Source: an uncultured Verrucomicrobiae bacterium (GTDB taxonomy: Bacteria > Verrucomicrobiota > Verrucomicrobiia > Chthoniobacterales > JAFAMB01). Taken from it: DNA of 64,000 nt. The position numbers were made by a program, and so were the translations under genes. Where the stretch lies: contig CAWIPH010000002.1 of assembly GCA_963837955.1 (NCBI GenBank), positions 1,408,001 through 1,472,000 of the forward strand, written 5' to 3'. Below the pieces are notes generated by a model. It was not told where the DNA came from, did not search any database, and saw only the letters and a list, made by a program, of their open reading frames with translations. Below, in pieces: positions 39,252 to 49,308 of the stretch. How positions within the stretch are numbered: the first letter of the stretch is position 1; each line of letters starts with the position of its first letter.

Positions 39252-40919
39252 ATGGCAACTTCTGCTAGTGCTGTTTCCACCGAGTCTGCTGGCCAGCTAA
39301 GCGCTCGGCATCGGATGGTTATCGTAGCTTCATCCCTCGGGACCGTTTTCGAGTGGTACGATTTTTATTTGTACGCCACTCTAACGCTGTTCTTCAGCAG
39401 TTTGTTTTTTCCGTCGAATAACCCGGTTGCTTCTAATCTGGCAGCTCTGGCGACGTTCGGCGCTGGATTCGGAGTTCGACCTTTCGGGGCCATCTTCTTT
39501 GGCCGAATCGGGGATATCGTTGGCCGGAAATACACATTTCTTATCACGATTGTTGTCATGGGCTTAGCGACCGCACTGGTCGGTATCTTACCGGTATATG
39601 CCCAGATTGGAATTTGGGCGCCCATTCTCCTCGTGCTGCTCAGGTTGGCTCAAGGTCTCGCTTTGGGTGGTGAGTACGGGGGTGCTGCTACCTACGTTGC
39701 CGAGCACGCACCAAAGGGAAAACGGGGTCTGTTTACTAGCTGGATTCAAACCACAGCGACCATCGGTTTCTTTTTAGCACTCTTTGTGATTCTGATCTGC
39801 CGGACCACCCTGTCTGAAGCAGACTTCAAAACCTGGGGTTGGAGGATCCCATTTTTGCTCTCGGTTATCCTGCTGGTTATCTCCGTCTATATTCGGCTGA
39901 AATTGCAGGAGTCGCCGATCTTCGCTGAAATGAAGTCGCAGGGTAAACTTACGCGCCACCCGCTGCGAGACAGCTTTTTCAGGCAGCCGAACGCTCGGTA
40001 TGTTTGGTTGGCATTATTTGGTGCCACTGCCGGTCAGGGAGTGATCTGGTATACCGGCCAGTTCCAGGCCCTATTTTTTCTACAGAATGTCCTAAAGGTT
40101 AATTTCACGACCGCCTATACGCTGATCGGTTTCTCATTGCTGGTCGGGTTTCCTCTCTTCATTTTCTTCGGTTGGCTTTCGGATCGAATCGGGCGCAAGC
40201 CGATCATGATGGCTGCCTGCCTGTTGGCGGTGCTCACCTACATCCCTCTTTTCAAAGGACTCACGGGTTTCGTGAACCCAACGCTGGAGTCTGCGCAGGA
40301 AAAGACTCCGGTTGTACTTTACACCGATGAGTTTAGCGGCGGATTTGCCCAAAAGGTGTGGGTCACCGTCGTGGACGCATTCCAACAATATCACCCAACC
40401 GGGGACCTGGAAACCAGCTACAAGGCGCGCCAATTTCTTAGTAAGCGTGGCGTTCCATTTGAGATAAAAACGGCCAAGCCAGACGCACCGGTTGCGCTCG
40501 GTGTTGGAGACAAGGCGCTGAATGGATTCGATGATAAGGCTTACGAAGCTGCTATTGGCGAAGCCGGGTATCCGAAGGCAGCCGATCCCGCCAAGATCAA
40601 CTACGTGGGGGCTGAGCTGATTCTGATCGTCTTCATGATCTATGTGACGATGGTTTACGGGCCGATCGCCGCATTTCTGGTAGAGCTGTTTCCGACTCAT
40701 ATTCGTTATACTTCGATGTCATTTCCGTACCATATCGGGAACGGATGGTTTGGCGGTTTTTTACCGTTGATCATCGCCGCAATCGGCGCTGCAACCGGGA
40801 ATTTTTACGCGGGACTTTGGTATCCGATTGGTGTTGCCCTGCTCACTTTGATCGTAGGTACAATCTTTCTGCGTGAGACGAAGGACCGCGATTTGCGGGC
40901 AGAATACGCGGATCAATAA
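39252..40919 (+). CDS. MFS metabolite:H+ symporter (MHS family) with a soluble insert
   Basis: SSLGTVFEWYDFY, GGEYGGA, WGWRIPF, ELFPTHIRYTSMS. Confidence 0.92.
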   Translation: MATSASAVSTESAGQLSARHRMVIVASSLGTVFEWYDFYLYATLTLFFSSLFFPSNNPVASNLAALATFGAGFGVRPFGAIFFGRIGDIVGRKYTFLITIVVMGLATALVGILPVYAQIGIWAPILLVLLRLAQGLALGGEYGGAATYVAEHAPKGKRGLFTSWIQTTATIGFFLALFVILICRTTLSEADFKTWGWRIPFLLSVILLVISVYIRLKLQESPIFAEMKSQGKLTRHPLRDSFFRQPNARYVWLALFGATAGQGVIWYTGQFQALFFLQNVLKVNFTTAYTLIGFSLLVGFPLFIFFGWLSDRIGRKPIMMAACLLAVLTYIPLFKGLTGFVNPTLESAQEKTPVVLYTDEFSGGFAQKVWVTVVDAFQQYHPTGDLETSYKARQFLSKRGVPFEIKTAKPDAPVALGVGDKALNGFDDKAYEAAIGEAGYPKAADPAKINYVGAELILIVFMIYVTMVYGPIAAFLVELFPTHIRYTSMSFPYHIGNGWFGGFLPLIIAAIGAATGNFYAGLWYPIGVALLTLIVGTIFLRETKDRDLRAEYADQ

Positions 40920-41184
40920 TTGTCGGAAGCTTTCTCTGTTCGATCCGGTGGCAGTTGCCGGTCGAAGGGAGAGCCGTGAGGTGTCGGAATCCGTCCTTGG
41001 CCCCTTGATGTAGGATCGCTGGCCTTATCGGCTAAGGAACTTTTGCGAGCGTGCTTTGCCGAGAGCGAACTATCAGACGTCGGGACAGAGATTTGAGCGT
41101 GAAGGAAAGTGGAGCCTGGCCCCTTTTTTCGCTTGAACGCCAGCATCTGCAGACTAGCTTGTCCGCTCACGAAACGCTTCGGAT

Positions 41185-41259
41185 TCCTGAGTAGCTCAGT
41201 GGTAGAGCGGTCGGCTGTTAACCGATTGGTCGTAGGTTCGAATCCTACCTCAGGAGCCA
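41185..41259 (+). tRNA. tRNA-Asn (GTT)
   Basis: TCCTGAG acceptor stem, TCGG-CTGTTAA-CCGA anticodon arm, GGTTCGAATCC, encoded CCA. Confidence 0.97.
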
Positions 41260-41280
41260 GCTGTCTTTAGCGTCCAAGAG

Positions 41281-41583
41281 CTAGAGTAATCCAGGAGGTA
41301 GGCCGAGACCCGCACCAAGCCGTCCCATTTCCGTTTGGGCGAGACCTTTTCCTTTCTCGATCGCTTGCTTAACTCCGCTAAGCACGAGGTCCTCCAAAAA
41401 CTCGACGTCCTCCGGGTCAACTACCTCTTTGGCAATCTTTATTGAAATGATATCGCCCGTCCCGTTCGCTACGACCGAGACTTTACCTCCGCCTACGCTA
41501 ACCTCGACCGTTTTTTCTGCGAGAGTCGCCGCAAGTTGTTCCTGCATCTTGGCGGCCTGTTTCATCATCTTTTGGATGTTCAT
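41281..41583 (-). CDS. ybaB: YbaB/EbfC nucleoid-associated protein
   Basis: MMKQAAKMQ, GGGKVSV, VDPEDVEFLEDLV; follows dnaX. Confidence 0.93.
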   Translation of the reverse strand: MNIQKMMKQAAKMQEQLAATLAEKTVEVSVGGGKVSVVANGTGDIISIKIAKEVVDPEDVEFLEDLVLSGVKQAIEKGKGLAQTEMGRLGAGLGLPPGLL

Positions 41584-41586
41584 GGA

Positions 41587-43308
41587 TCAGGTTTCAGCCT
41601 CGATCTCGGCCTTAAAGATTTCCAGAGCTTTTTGAATCAATGGATCGTTTTTGAACCCATCTAGGAGTGTTGTTTCGGATTCCACTGCCGGTTGCGGACG
41701 CACCAAGTCATCCCGCAACTCGGCTCGAATCGTTCGCGGGGCCGCTGCGACTTCGGTGAGCAGGTCTTCAACAAACTTGCGGTTATTAGATCGGAGCAAA
41801 GATTCCATCGCGACCTGATCGCCTGTCGGAAAGCCGATCAAGACTTCGGTTCCGCTTTGGCCCAGCGGCGTCGCCATTTCGATCCAAGACCGAATCAAGG
41901 GTCGCCGGCGCCGCACTTCGTCGACTACTCGGATCCAGAGCGATGACAAACTCTCGCTACTAATCTCCCCCGAATCTCCCGGAGCGGGAATCGGATCTTC
42001 GGTTTCGGCGATTTTTGCAGAGGTTGGCAGGAGCTCTATGTCCGTATCCGGACCAGCTTCGGCCGCGGTCAAGGCATCAATGCTCGGCTTTTCGGCAGAG
42101 CTGGTAATGGCATTCTTGGGTACGTCTTCAACGTGACCTCGAGTGGCTGGGATGCCGGAGCTCTTTGGGCCTTGACCCGATAAGCTTTCTAAGGCGTCTA
42201 GAATTCGATCGATTCCGACCTCGCGGAGGCTTTGGATGGCGCGGATGACGGCAATTTCCAAGTGCAGTTTTTTGTTGGAAGTCCACTTCAGGCTCGGTTC
42301 GGCGTCGGACAAGATCTCGATCAATTTAAGAAGTTCGCCAGGTTTAACTACTTTGCTGAGCTCTCTGACGATCGTTCGTCCCAACTCACTCAAATCCTCT
42401 TGAACGCTGGCAGAGTCCACCTGATCGATGAGTAAATGACGGAGAAACCCGATCAGATCTCCCAGAATTTTGGAAAGATCCTTCCCGGCCTCAGCTTGGC
42501 CATGAATAATGCGAAGCGCAGCTGAAGCATCTGCCTTGACCACTGAACGAGCTAGGTCCGCGACGACCAGTTCTGACGTCAGCCCAAATATTTCCAAAAC
42601 CTGATCCTCGTTAATCTCGTTTCCGCAAAATGCGACGAGCTGGTCCAGCATAGACTCGGCGTCCCGCAGCCCACCTTCTGATGCGATCGCAATGGCTTCG
42701 GCGGCAGCAACGGAAAGCGATACCCCCTCTTTCTTCGCGATGGCTTCGAGTTGCCGGGCAATGGTTTGCGTCGGAATCCTGCGCAAGTCGAAGCGTTGGC
42801 ACCGGCTTAAAATGGTGGGCAGGACCTTATTAGGTTCGGTCGTGGCAAACACGAAAATGACGTGGGCCGGTGGTTCCTCGAGCGTTTTGAGCAGAGCATT
42901 AAAAGCCTGCTGTGTGAGCATGTGGATTTCGTCGATAATATAGATTTTATATTTTCCACGAACGGGAGCAAAACGGACGTTCTCTCTCAGTTCGCGAACC
43001 TGGTCGACGCTATTGTTGCTGGCGCCGTCAATTTCCAAAACATCGAGACTAATTCCTTGCGAGATTTCTCGACAAGAATCGCACACTCCGCACGGAGTTA
43101 CGGTAGGACCGTGAACACAATTCAAGCCTTTGGCCAGGATGCGAGCAGTCGAGGTCTTGCCCGTTCCCCGGGGACCGACCAAGAGATAAGCGTGGGCGAG
43201 GCGCTTTTCCGTAATAGCGTTCTTCAGCGTCCGCACCACATGGTCCTGACCGAGGACGTCGTCGAATATTTGTGGACGATATTTGCGCGCGAAAACCTGG
43301 TAACTCAC
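41587..43308 (-). CDS. dnaX: DNA polymerase III subunit gamma/tau
   Basis: ARKYRPQ, GPRGTGKTS, Cys zinc cluster, IDEIHML, SRC. Confidence 0.97.
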   Translation of the reverse strand: MSYQVFARKYRPQIFDDVLGQDHVVRTLKNAITEKRLAHAYLLVGPRGTGKTSTARILAKGLNCVHGPTVTPCGVCDSCREISQGISLDVLEIDGASNNSVDQVRELRENVRFAPVRGKYKIYIIDEIHMLTQQAFNALLKTLEEPPAHVIFVFATTEPNKVLPTILSRCQRFDLRRIPTQTIARQLEAIAKKEGVSLSVAAAEAIAIASEGGLRDAESMLDQLVAFCGNEINEDQVLEIFGLTSELVVADLARSVVKADASAALRIIHGQAEAGKDLSKILGDLIGFLRHLLIDQVDSASVQEDLSELGRTIVRELSKVVKPGELLKLIEILSDAEPSLKWTSNKKLHLEIAVIRAIQSLREVGIDRILDALESLSGQGPKSSGIPATRGHVEDVPKNAITSSAEKPSIDALTAAEAGPDTDIELLPTSAKIAETEDPIPAPGDSGEISSESLSSLWIRVVDEVRRRRPLIRSWIEMATPLGQSGTEVLIGFPTGDQVAMESLLRSNNRKFVEDLLTEVAAAPRTIRAELRDDLVRPQPAVESETTLLDGFKNDPLIQKALEIFKAEIEAET

Positions 43309-43522
43309 AGATCAAAATTACGATGTCGCTTCAGAAAACAAAAGCCGCGAATGGTCTCAGGATAGGATAAAAAAGCATCCTACTCCTGAGGGCGCCACGA
43401 GTAGCGGTGGGAGACCTTCGCCTGGCCGGGAGCAACTTGCCTGGTCAGTAAGGGGGGGAGGCACTCGGGCAGAGCAAAATTCTTGTTGCTCTGGCCTAAG
43501 CTTTGTTAAGACTCTCTTTCCG

Positions 43523-43684
43523 ATGCTTCGCAAACTCGCCTGGCTGCTGACATTTATTCTGGCGACCTTCTGCTGGGTGGTAGTGATCGAGCATGGCCCA
43601 GACAACTTTATTGTTGGTTCCAAGATCGAGGTAGAGAATTTTAGATCGCTCTTTTTCCGGCTGATTCAATCACCGGGAAAATAA
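43523..43684 (+). CDS. 53-aa single-TM small protein (below the ORF-track cutoff)
   Basis: MLRKLAWLLTFILATFCWVVVIEHGPDNFIVGSKIEVENFRSLFFRLIQSPGK*; stop is 1 nt before the next start codon. Confidence 0.65.
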   Translation: MLRKLAWLLTFILATFCWVVVIEHGPDNFIVGSKIEVENFRSLFFRLIQSPGK

Positions 43685-43685
43685 G

Positions 43686-44462
43686 GTGAGAATAATCTGC
43701 ATAAGTGCGGAAGCGGCGGAGATCTGCTGGTCTTTGGATGAATGGGATCAGGTCGTTGGGGTCACCGCTTTTGGTCCGAAGCACTTGCCGGCAAAACCGA
43801 TTGTCTCTGGATTTGCATCGGGGAACGTGGACCGGATCTTGGCGCTACGTCCCGATCTGATAATTAGCTTTTCGGATGTCCAGGCAAAACTTGTTGATCA
43901 GCTGGTCCGGGCTGGAGTTACGGTTTTCGCATTGAACTATTATGATCTGGCCGGCGTTGCCCGGGCTATCCATTTGCTCGGACGGCTCCTCGGCACTCCG
44001 GAAAAAGGAGAAAAAGTGGCCAATCATTTCAACGCAGGGCTGGAAGGGGGGCGATTTTCCCCGTCGGTGCGTCCCCGGGTTTATTTTGAGGAGTGGGACA
44101 ATCCACTGATTCACGCGATTCCTTGGGTGCAGGAGATTATTGAGCTGGCAGGCGGAGATTACGTGTTCAGGAATTCAACGTTGAATCGGGCCCAAGACCG
44201 GGTGGTCACCGAGGAGATGGTATTTTCTACGAATCCCGAAATTATTCTTGCCAGTTGGTGCGGGAAGAGCGTTGATGTACCGGCGATATGTGCGCGCCCT
44301 GGTTTTGCCGAGGTCGAAGCGGTCAAGCAACACCAGGTCTATTCAATTGATCCGGAAAAGATCCTTCAGGCTGGGCCCCAGCTATTGGGAGGGTTGGAGG
44401 AGATCCGCAGGATCATCCAAGATTGGTGCGCGTACTCGGGAAAAGTACGCGGAACAACCTAA
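43686..44462 (+). CDS. BtuF-like (cobalamin/siderophore) helical-backbone binding protein
   Basis: RIICIS, VVGVT, ILALRPDLII, RVYFEEWDNP, ILQAGP; no signal peptide seen. Confidence 0.85.
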   Translation: MRIICISAEAAEICWSLDEWDQVVGVTAFGPKHLPAKPIVSGFASGNVDRILALRPDLIISFSDVQAKLVDQLVRAGVTVFALNYYDLAGVARAIHLLGRLLGTPEKGEKVANHFNAGLEGGRFSPSVRPRVYFEEWDNPLIHAIPWVQEIIELAGGDYVFRNSTLNRAQDRVVTEEMVFSTNPEIILASWCGKSVDVPAICARPGFAEVEAVKQHQVYSIDPEKILQAGPQLLGGLEEIRRIIQDWCAYSGKVRGTT

Positions 44463-44479
44463 GCTGAAATTCAACCCCC

Positions 44480-45520
44480 ATGAAATCACCGATCAATCTT
44501 CCTCAAAAAGCAGGTCGAAATGGTTTGGGAGCAGGCGTCTGGAACATTGGTCCGGGGACTGATCCTTTTGGTGGACCGACCAGAGCGGCCATCCCGATCC
44601 TAGACCGGCTCCCAATCCTGGCTGAAGCCGGCATGACCTATTACGAAGCGCACGACGTCGAGATTCCGGCCGCTCAAGTGGCGGCCGCCAAAAAACGTGC
44701 CGAAGAAGTCGGGCTGCAGTGCGGCATGTATACGCCTTCCTTTTTCGCCGATCCAATTTTCAAGGATGGTGCCATGACCTCGAATGATTCGGGAATCCGT
44801 GAGCTCGCTTTGAAGAATTCGCTGGCAGCCGTCGACAGCGCCGTTGCGCTCGGCGCGTCGGTAATCGTGTTTTGGAACGGACGCGAAGGATTCGACTTTG
44901 TTTTGGCTAAGAATGGCCAGGAGGCTTTCAAACGCCTGGTTGAGGGATTCAACCAGGTAGGACAATATGCTCGCGAGCGATACGGTACCTCGATTCGGAT
45001 AGCGGTTGAGCCAAAGCCGAACGAACCTCGAGCCAACATGTACCTGGCGAATGTGGGCGAAGTGCTCTATTTGATCAGCCGCTTAGACCCGAATCACCAG
45101 GCTCTCTTCGGAGTAAATCCGGAAATTGCACACAGCCGAATTGCCGGGCTCGATTATCTTTGGGACGTCGAGATGTGTTTGGAAGCAGGCAAACTCTTCC
45201 ACATTCATCTGAATTCGCAGGATGGCCAACGTTACGATCAGGATCTGCCGTTTGGCTACACCGAGCCGCTCAAAGACCTCGCCTTGCTAGTTGTCCTCCA
45301 GGATGCCGGCTATGAGAATATTCTGGCTTTTGATATAAAGGCACCGCGGACCGACGAGTCGAAGCACATTGCCGACATCATCGAGGTCAGTGCGCAGAAT
45401 TTGGTATGGCTCTGGGAAAAGGCCTTGGCGGTAGATCGGTCGGTAATTCAACAACTTCGCCAAGAAAAGAGGAATACCGCTATCGCCGGTTACCTGGGCA
45501 AATGTCTCTATGGCCGATGA
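44480..45520 (+). CDS. Xylose isomerase-like TIM-barrel sugar isomerase
   Basis: DPFG, FKDGAMTSND, WNGREG, EPKPNEPR, NPEIAH, YDQDL, FDIK. Confidence 0.85.
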   Translation: MKSPINLPQKAGRNGLGAGVWNIGPGTDPFGGPTRAAIPILDRLPILAEAGMTYYEAHDVEIPAAQVAAAKKRAEEVGLQCGMYTPSFFADPIFKDGAMTSNDSGIRELALKNSLAAVDSAVALGASVIVFWNGREGFDFVLAKNGQEAFKRLVEGFNQVGQYARERYGTSIRIAVEPKPNEPRANMYLANVGEVLYLISRLDPNHQALFGVNPEIAHSRIAGLDYLWDVEMCLEAGKLFHIHLNSQDGQRYDQDLPFGYTEPLKDLALLVVLQDAGYENILAFDIKAPRTDESKHIADIIEVSAQNLVWLWEKALAVDRSVIQQLRQEKRNTAIAGYLGKCLYGR

Positions 45521-45572
45521 TGCAATCATCGCTCCGGGCGATAGAGTGGTATAGGATATCGAATGCGCTAAA

Positions 45573-45601
45573 TTGACGCTGTCGGTTTCTCTCGTTATTT
45601 T
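45573..45601 (+). promoter_or_regulatory. Sigma70-type promoter, probably leaderless, for rex
   Basis: TTGACG-N17-TATTTT, then 6 nt to GTG at 45608. Confidence 0.6.
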
Positions 45602-45607
45602 TCACGT

Positions 45608-46228
45608 GTGGCGAAGTTTGTTATACCGCGGAAGGCTGTCTATCGGCTATCGCTCTACTATCGGGTTCTCGAACGGCTGCTCCAGAACAGAATTGAGACC
45701 GTCTCTTCCGATGCATTGGCCAAAGCAACCGGCGTAAAACCAACTCAGCTCAGAAAAGACCTCACCTATTTTGGCCAATTTGGAACTCGCGGTCTTGGTT
45801 ACAAGGTCGAATCGTTGCTTTCCCAGCTCGGCAGCGTTCTTCGCACGACCCGGTTTCAGCCGGTTATCTTGGTGGGCGCCGGCAATCTCGGGTCGGCACT
45901 CTTGCGGTACGATGGTTTTGCTAAGGAAGGATTTGAGATCGTGGCAGCATTTGATATTCGGCCAGACGCATCGAAAGCCGGCCGAACAAAAGTGCCCGTT
46001 TTACCCACCGACGAGATCAAGAAGTTTGTCCCGGAGAATGGTGTGAAATTAGCGATTCTGGCGGTGCCGGGAGTGGTAGCCCAGGAAGTCACCAACGAGC
46101 TGGTCGAGGCGGGAATTCAAGCGATTCTCAACTTTTCGCCTCTCATCCTGCAGGTGCCGGACAACGTGGTCGTTAATAACGTAAATCTGGCGATAGAACT
46201 CGAGAACCTCAGCTACTTTATCACCTGA
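45608..46228 (+). CDS. rex: Redox-sensing repressor Rex
   Basis: RLSLYYR, LRKDLTYFGQFGTRGLGY, VGAGNLGSAL, ILNFSP. Confidence 0.96.
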   Translation: MAKFVIPRKAVYRLSLYYRVLERLLQNRIETVSSDALAKATGVKPTQLRKDLTYFGQFGTRGLGYKVESLLSQLGSVLRTTRFQPVILVGAGNLGSALLRYDGFAKEGFEIVAAFDIRPDASKAGRTKVPVLPTDEIKKFVPENGVKLAILAVPGVVAQEVTNELVEAGIQAILNFSPLILQVPDNVVVNNVNLAIELENLSYFIT

Positions 46229-46296
46229 GGATCTGGATCCGGCCCGCTCGGGAACGGGAACCAGGTGGCGGCGAAAGTCTGAAAGGAGTCTGGGGC

Positions 46297-46860
46297 TTAT
46301 GCCTCGATTTTCGGACCGGTGTGTCCGAGAATCTTTACTGTCTGGTTGAGCTGCTCGACCTTGAGCGGCTTCTTCAGGACTGTGACCGGGCTAATCTGGA
46401 GAATGCGGTCAAGAACTTCGCTATCCGGATAACCAGTGATTACAATCACATTAAGGTCGGGATCGATCTGTTTGGCGGTCCTATATACCTGATCTCCCGG
46501 AGCGTCCGGAAGCTGCAAGTCGAGGAACATCAAATCGAATTTCTGCTTTCGCAGGCTAACGATCGCGTCTTTGGCCGTTCCAACTACGACGCGGCTAAAG
46601 CCGACCTTCTTCAGAAAGTTCCGAAACAACTCCTGCAGGCCAGGATCATCATCTACGACTAGCACCGTGGGTTGGCCCTGTTTATCTTGACGCAAGATGT
46701 CCTTGTCTAAGGACGACTTCTTGATGCGCCAACGTCCGCCGATCTGAATTGCCGGTATTTGGCCTCGCTGGACCAAATAATAGACCGTCGGAAGAGGGAT
46801 TCTCAAATATTCGGCGGTTTCCTTGACTGTCAGGAGATTGTGGTTAGGAGGCTCGCTCAC
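46297..46860 (-). CDS. Excisionase-like HTH fused to a receiver domain
   Basis: LTVKETAEYLRI...IGGRWRI, then VLVVDDD, FLDLQLPD, ITGY, KKP; GTG at 46860 preferred as start. Confidence 0.88.
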   Translation of the reverse strand: MSEPPNHNLLTVKETAEYLRIPLPTVYYLVQRGQIPAIQIGGRWRIKKSSLDKDILRQDKQGQPTVLVVDDDPGLQELFRNFLKKVGFSRVVVGTAKDAIVSLRKQKFDLMFLDLQLPDAPGDQVYRTAKQIDPDLNVIVITGYPDSEVLDRILQISPVTVLKKPLKVEQLNQTVKILGHTGPKIEA

Positions 46861-47075
46861 AAATTGCGAATGGAAGCTACAGTTTAAATTGAATCTAGAA
46901 TTGTTATGAGAATATGAGAGGTTCGTCAACATTAGGTTTTTGCGAAGGTTTCATACGTGCGACCCAAACTTCGGAACTTGGCAATCTGGGCACTCGCAAC
47001 TTTGCTTCAACATGGGACAATGTTCCTGCTCTTGTAACTGTTTTGGCGGTTCGACCGACACTCCCCTTATAACGA

Positions 47076-48486
47076 ATGCAAACGCGTACTGAAAAAGACT
47101 CGATGGGTACGATGGAATTGCCGGCTGATGCTCTTTACGGCGCCACGACGCAACGAGCCGTTCTCAATTTTCCAATTAGTGGATACCGGTTTTCTCGTCC
47201 ATTCATTCGAGCGATCGGGCTGGTGAAATGGGCGGCGGCGCTGGCCAATCGAGATCTGGGCAAGCTGGACGATAGGAGGGCGCAACTCATCACGGAAGCT
47301 GCTGAAGAGGTCATCGACGGCCGCTGGGATTCCCAATTCCCTATCGACATTTTTCAGACGGGCTCAGGGACGAGCACCAACATGAACGCAAACGAGGTGA
47401 TCGCTAATCGTTGCAGCCAGCTGGACGGTAAGCCCATTGGCTCGAAGGACCCGGTGCATCCAAATGACCACGTCAACATGGGCCAGTCGAGCAACGACGT
47501 CATTCCTACCAGCATTCACATCGCTGTCGCAGAATCGATTCGCAGCGAGTTGATGCCTGCGCTCGATCATCTTCAACAAGGATTGGAAGCTAAGGCGCAT
47601 GAGTTTTGGGAAGTGATCAAGATCGGCCGAACCCATTTGATGGATGCTACGCCCGTGCGACTTGGCCAGGAGTTCAGTGGTTACGCTAAACAAGTCGAGT
47701 ACGGAAAACTTCGGGCAGGAAACGCGATCGCGGCTGTCGAAGAACTCGCGCTCGGGGGGACGGCGGTTGGCACCGGTTTAAACTGTCATCCGGAGTTTGC
47801 CGGTAAAGTGATGGGGCATCTTTGGAACCGTACGGGCGTGGCATTTCGAGAGGCTCGCAATCATTTTGAAGCCCAAGGCGCCAAGGACGGACTTGTGGAA
47901 GCGAGCGGGCAAATGCGCTCTATCGCGGTGAGCTTATTTAAGATCGCCAATGATATCCGGCTGATGGCGAGCGGGCCTCGGTGCGGCATTGGAGAAATTC
48001 AGCTGCCGGCGACGCAGCCGGGAAGCTCAATCATGCCGGGGAAGGTGAATCCGGTCATGTGCGAATCGGTCGTGCAGGTGTGTGCCCAAGTTTTTGGAAA
48101 TGATACGGCCGTGTATTGGGGCGGCGCGAACGGTCACCTTGAGCTTAACGTCATGATGCCGGTAATGGCGCACAATGTTTTGGAGAGCATCCGGCTTTTG
48201 AGTAACGTTGCGCGATGTGTTCGAGGATAAGTGTATCGGTGGAATCATCGCCAATCGGGAGCGTTGTCGCGAACTAGTGGAACTCAGTATGGCCATGGTC
48301 ACGAGCTTAGCGCCAATCATCGGGTACGACCGAGCTGCCGAAATCGCGAAAGAGAGTGCAGCAACCGGGAAGACGGTGCGCCAAATTTGCCGCGAGCGAG
48401 AGGTACTGCCAGAAGACCAGTTAGAGCGAGCTCTAGACCCGGTCGAGATGACCAAGCCGGGCGGGGAAGGTTCGGCCGGGGGCTAG
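47076..48486 (+). pseudogene. fumC: Class II fumarate hydratase split by a 1-nt frameshift near 48216 (or a sequencing error)
   Basis: [24 protein letters not shown] in the first frame; the C-terminus (VFEDKC...APIIGYDRAAEIAK) continues in the +1 frame. Confidence 0.85.
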
Positions 48487-48499
48487 CGCCACATCAGGC

Positions 48500-49255
48500 T
48501 TAGTTCAGCGTTAATTCGATTGCGCGTTGGACGGCTGCGGCATGTGCTTGCGCCCTTGCGCCTAATTCGTATTCGGAAGGGGTCTCCAGGGTGATTGTCC
48601 GCTCGCTATAGGAGAGTGCGAGCAGCCCGGCTTCCGGCAGGAACGGAAACTTAAGGCTTTTGATCCGTCGGGCGATCGATCCACTCTCGGCCCGGCGTCC
48701 TTCGATCCTGGGACGTAGATCGACAGGCAAATGGTATCCGGCCGCCGCGAGAAGCTCCGGCCCGATCGGCCGCAGATGCTTTCTTACTTCGTATAAGTAG
48801 ACACCTTGCGCGTCGTAATCTTCGTGCAAACACATCGCAAAACGAAAGGTTTTTCCAGCAATGATTGCCTTCTGGGCGCGGATCTGCTCCAAATCCTCCA
48901 GATGATAGCTGCGGTTAAGATCTCTCCCCTCAGAATCGCTTCTGCGATTGTGAATGAGTCCCCATGGATTCAAACACGGAAAGATTAAAACCGGGAGTTC
49001 TCTCAAAACAGTGAGATTCATCTCGGCCCAGAAAAGAAGTCCCTCCGTCCCGCCAACTTCGTCACCGTGAATGCCCGCCGACAGATAAATTCCCCCATTA
49101 GCCTGCATCGCTGGCGATTGGATAAACAGAAGGTCGAAATCGTCCGCTTTCGCGAATATTTGGCATTTCAATCCAGATCGACGCGCCAGACTTCGCCAAC
49201 GCCGAGTTAACAAACGATAGTTATGAGCGTGATGTCTATGGGTTTCGAACGTCAT
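48500..49255 (-). CDS. M14-family metallocarboxypeptidase (AstE/MpaA-like)
   Basis: GIHGDE, NPWG, DLNR, LHED, TLETPS. Confidence 0.85.
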   Translation of the reverse strand: MTFETHRHHAHNYRLLTRRWRSLARRSGLKCQIFAKADDFDLLFIQSPAMQANGGIYLSAGIHGDEVGGTEGLLFWAEMNLTVLRELPVLIFPCLNPWGLIHNRRSDSEGRDLNRSYHLEDLEQIRAQKAIIAGKTFRFAMCLHEDYDAQGVYLYEVRKHLRPIGPELLAAAGYHLPVDLRPRIEGRRAESGSIARRIKSLKFPFLPEAGLLALSYSERTITLETPSEYELGARAQAHAAAVQRAIELTLN

Positions 49256-49308
49256 GCTTTAGCGCGCCGTCTCGAACATAATCTGTTTTGAACGCAGCGA
49301 CCTCATCG

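Noticed and set aside
43340..43500. SRP RNA or cobalamin riboswitch between dnaX and the BtuF-like gene
   Set aside because: Several hairpins are present (e.g. 43356-43390), but no SRP helix-8 motif or B12-box was recognisable; an Infernal/Rfam scan would be needed
43357..43623. 88-aa minus-strand ORF
   Set aside because: It overlaps a more plausible plus-strand small membrane ORF and has no protein-like features
46297..46932. Phage excisionase
   Set aside because: The HTH is fused to a receiver domain in a housekeeping context
48208..48486. Independent 92-aa gene or programmed frameshift
   Set aside because: It is the FumC C-terminus, and no slippery sequence is present
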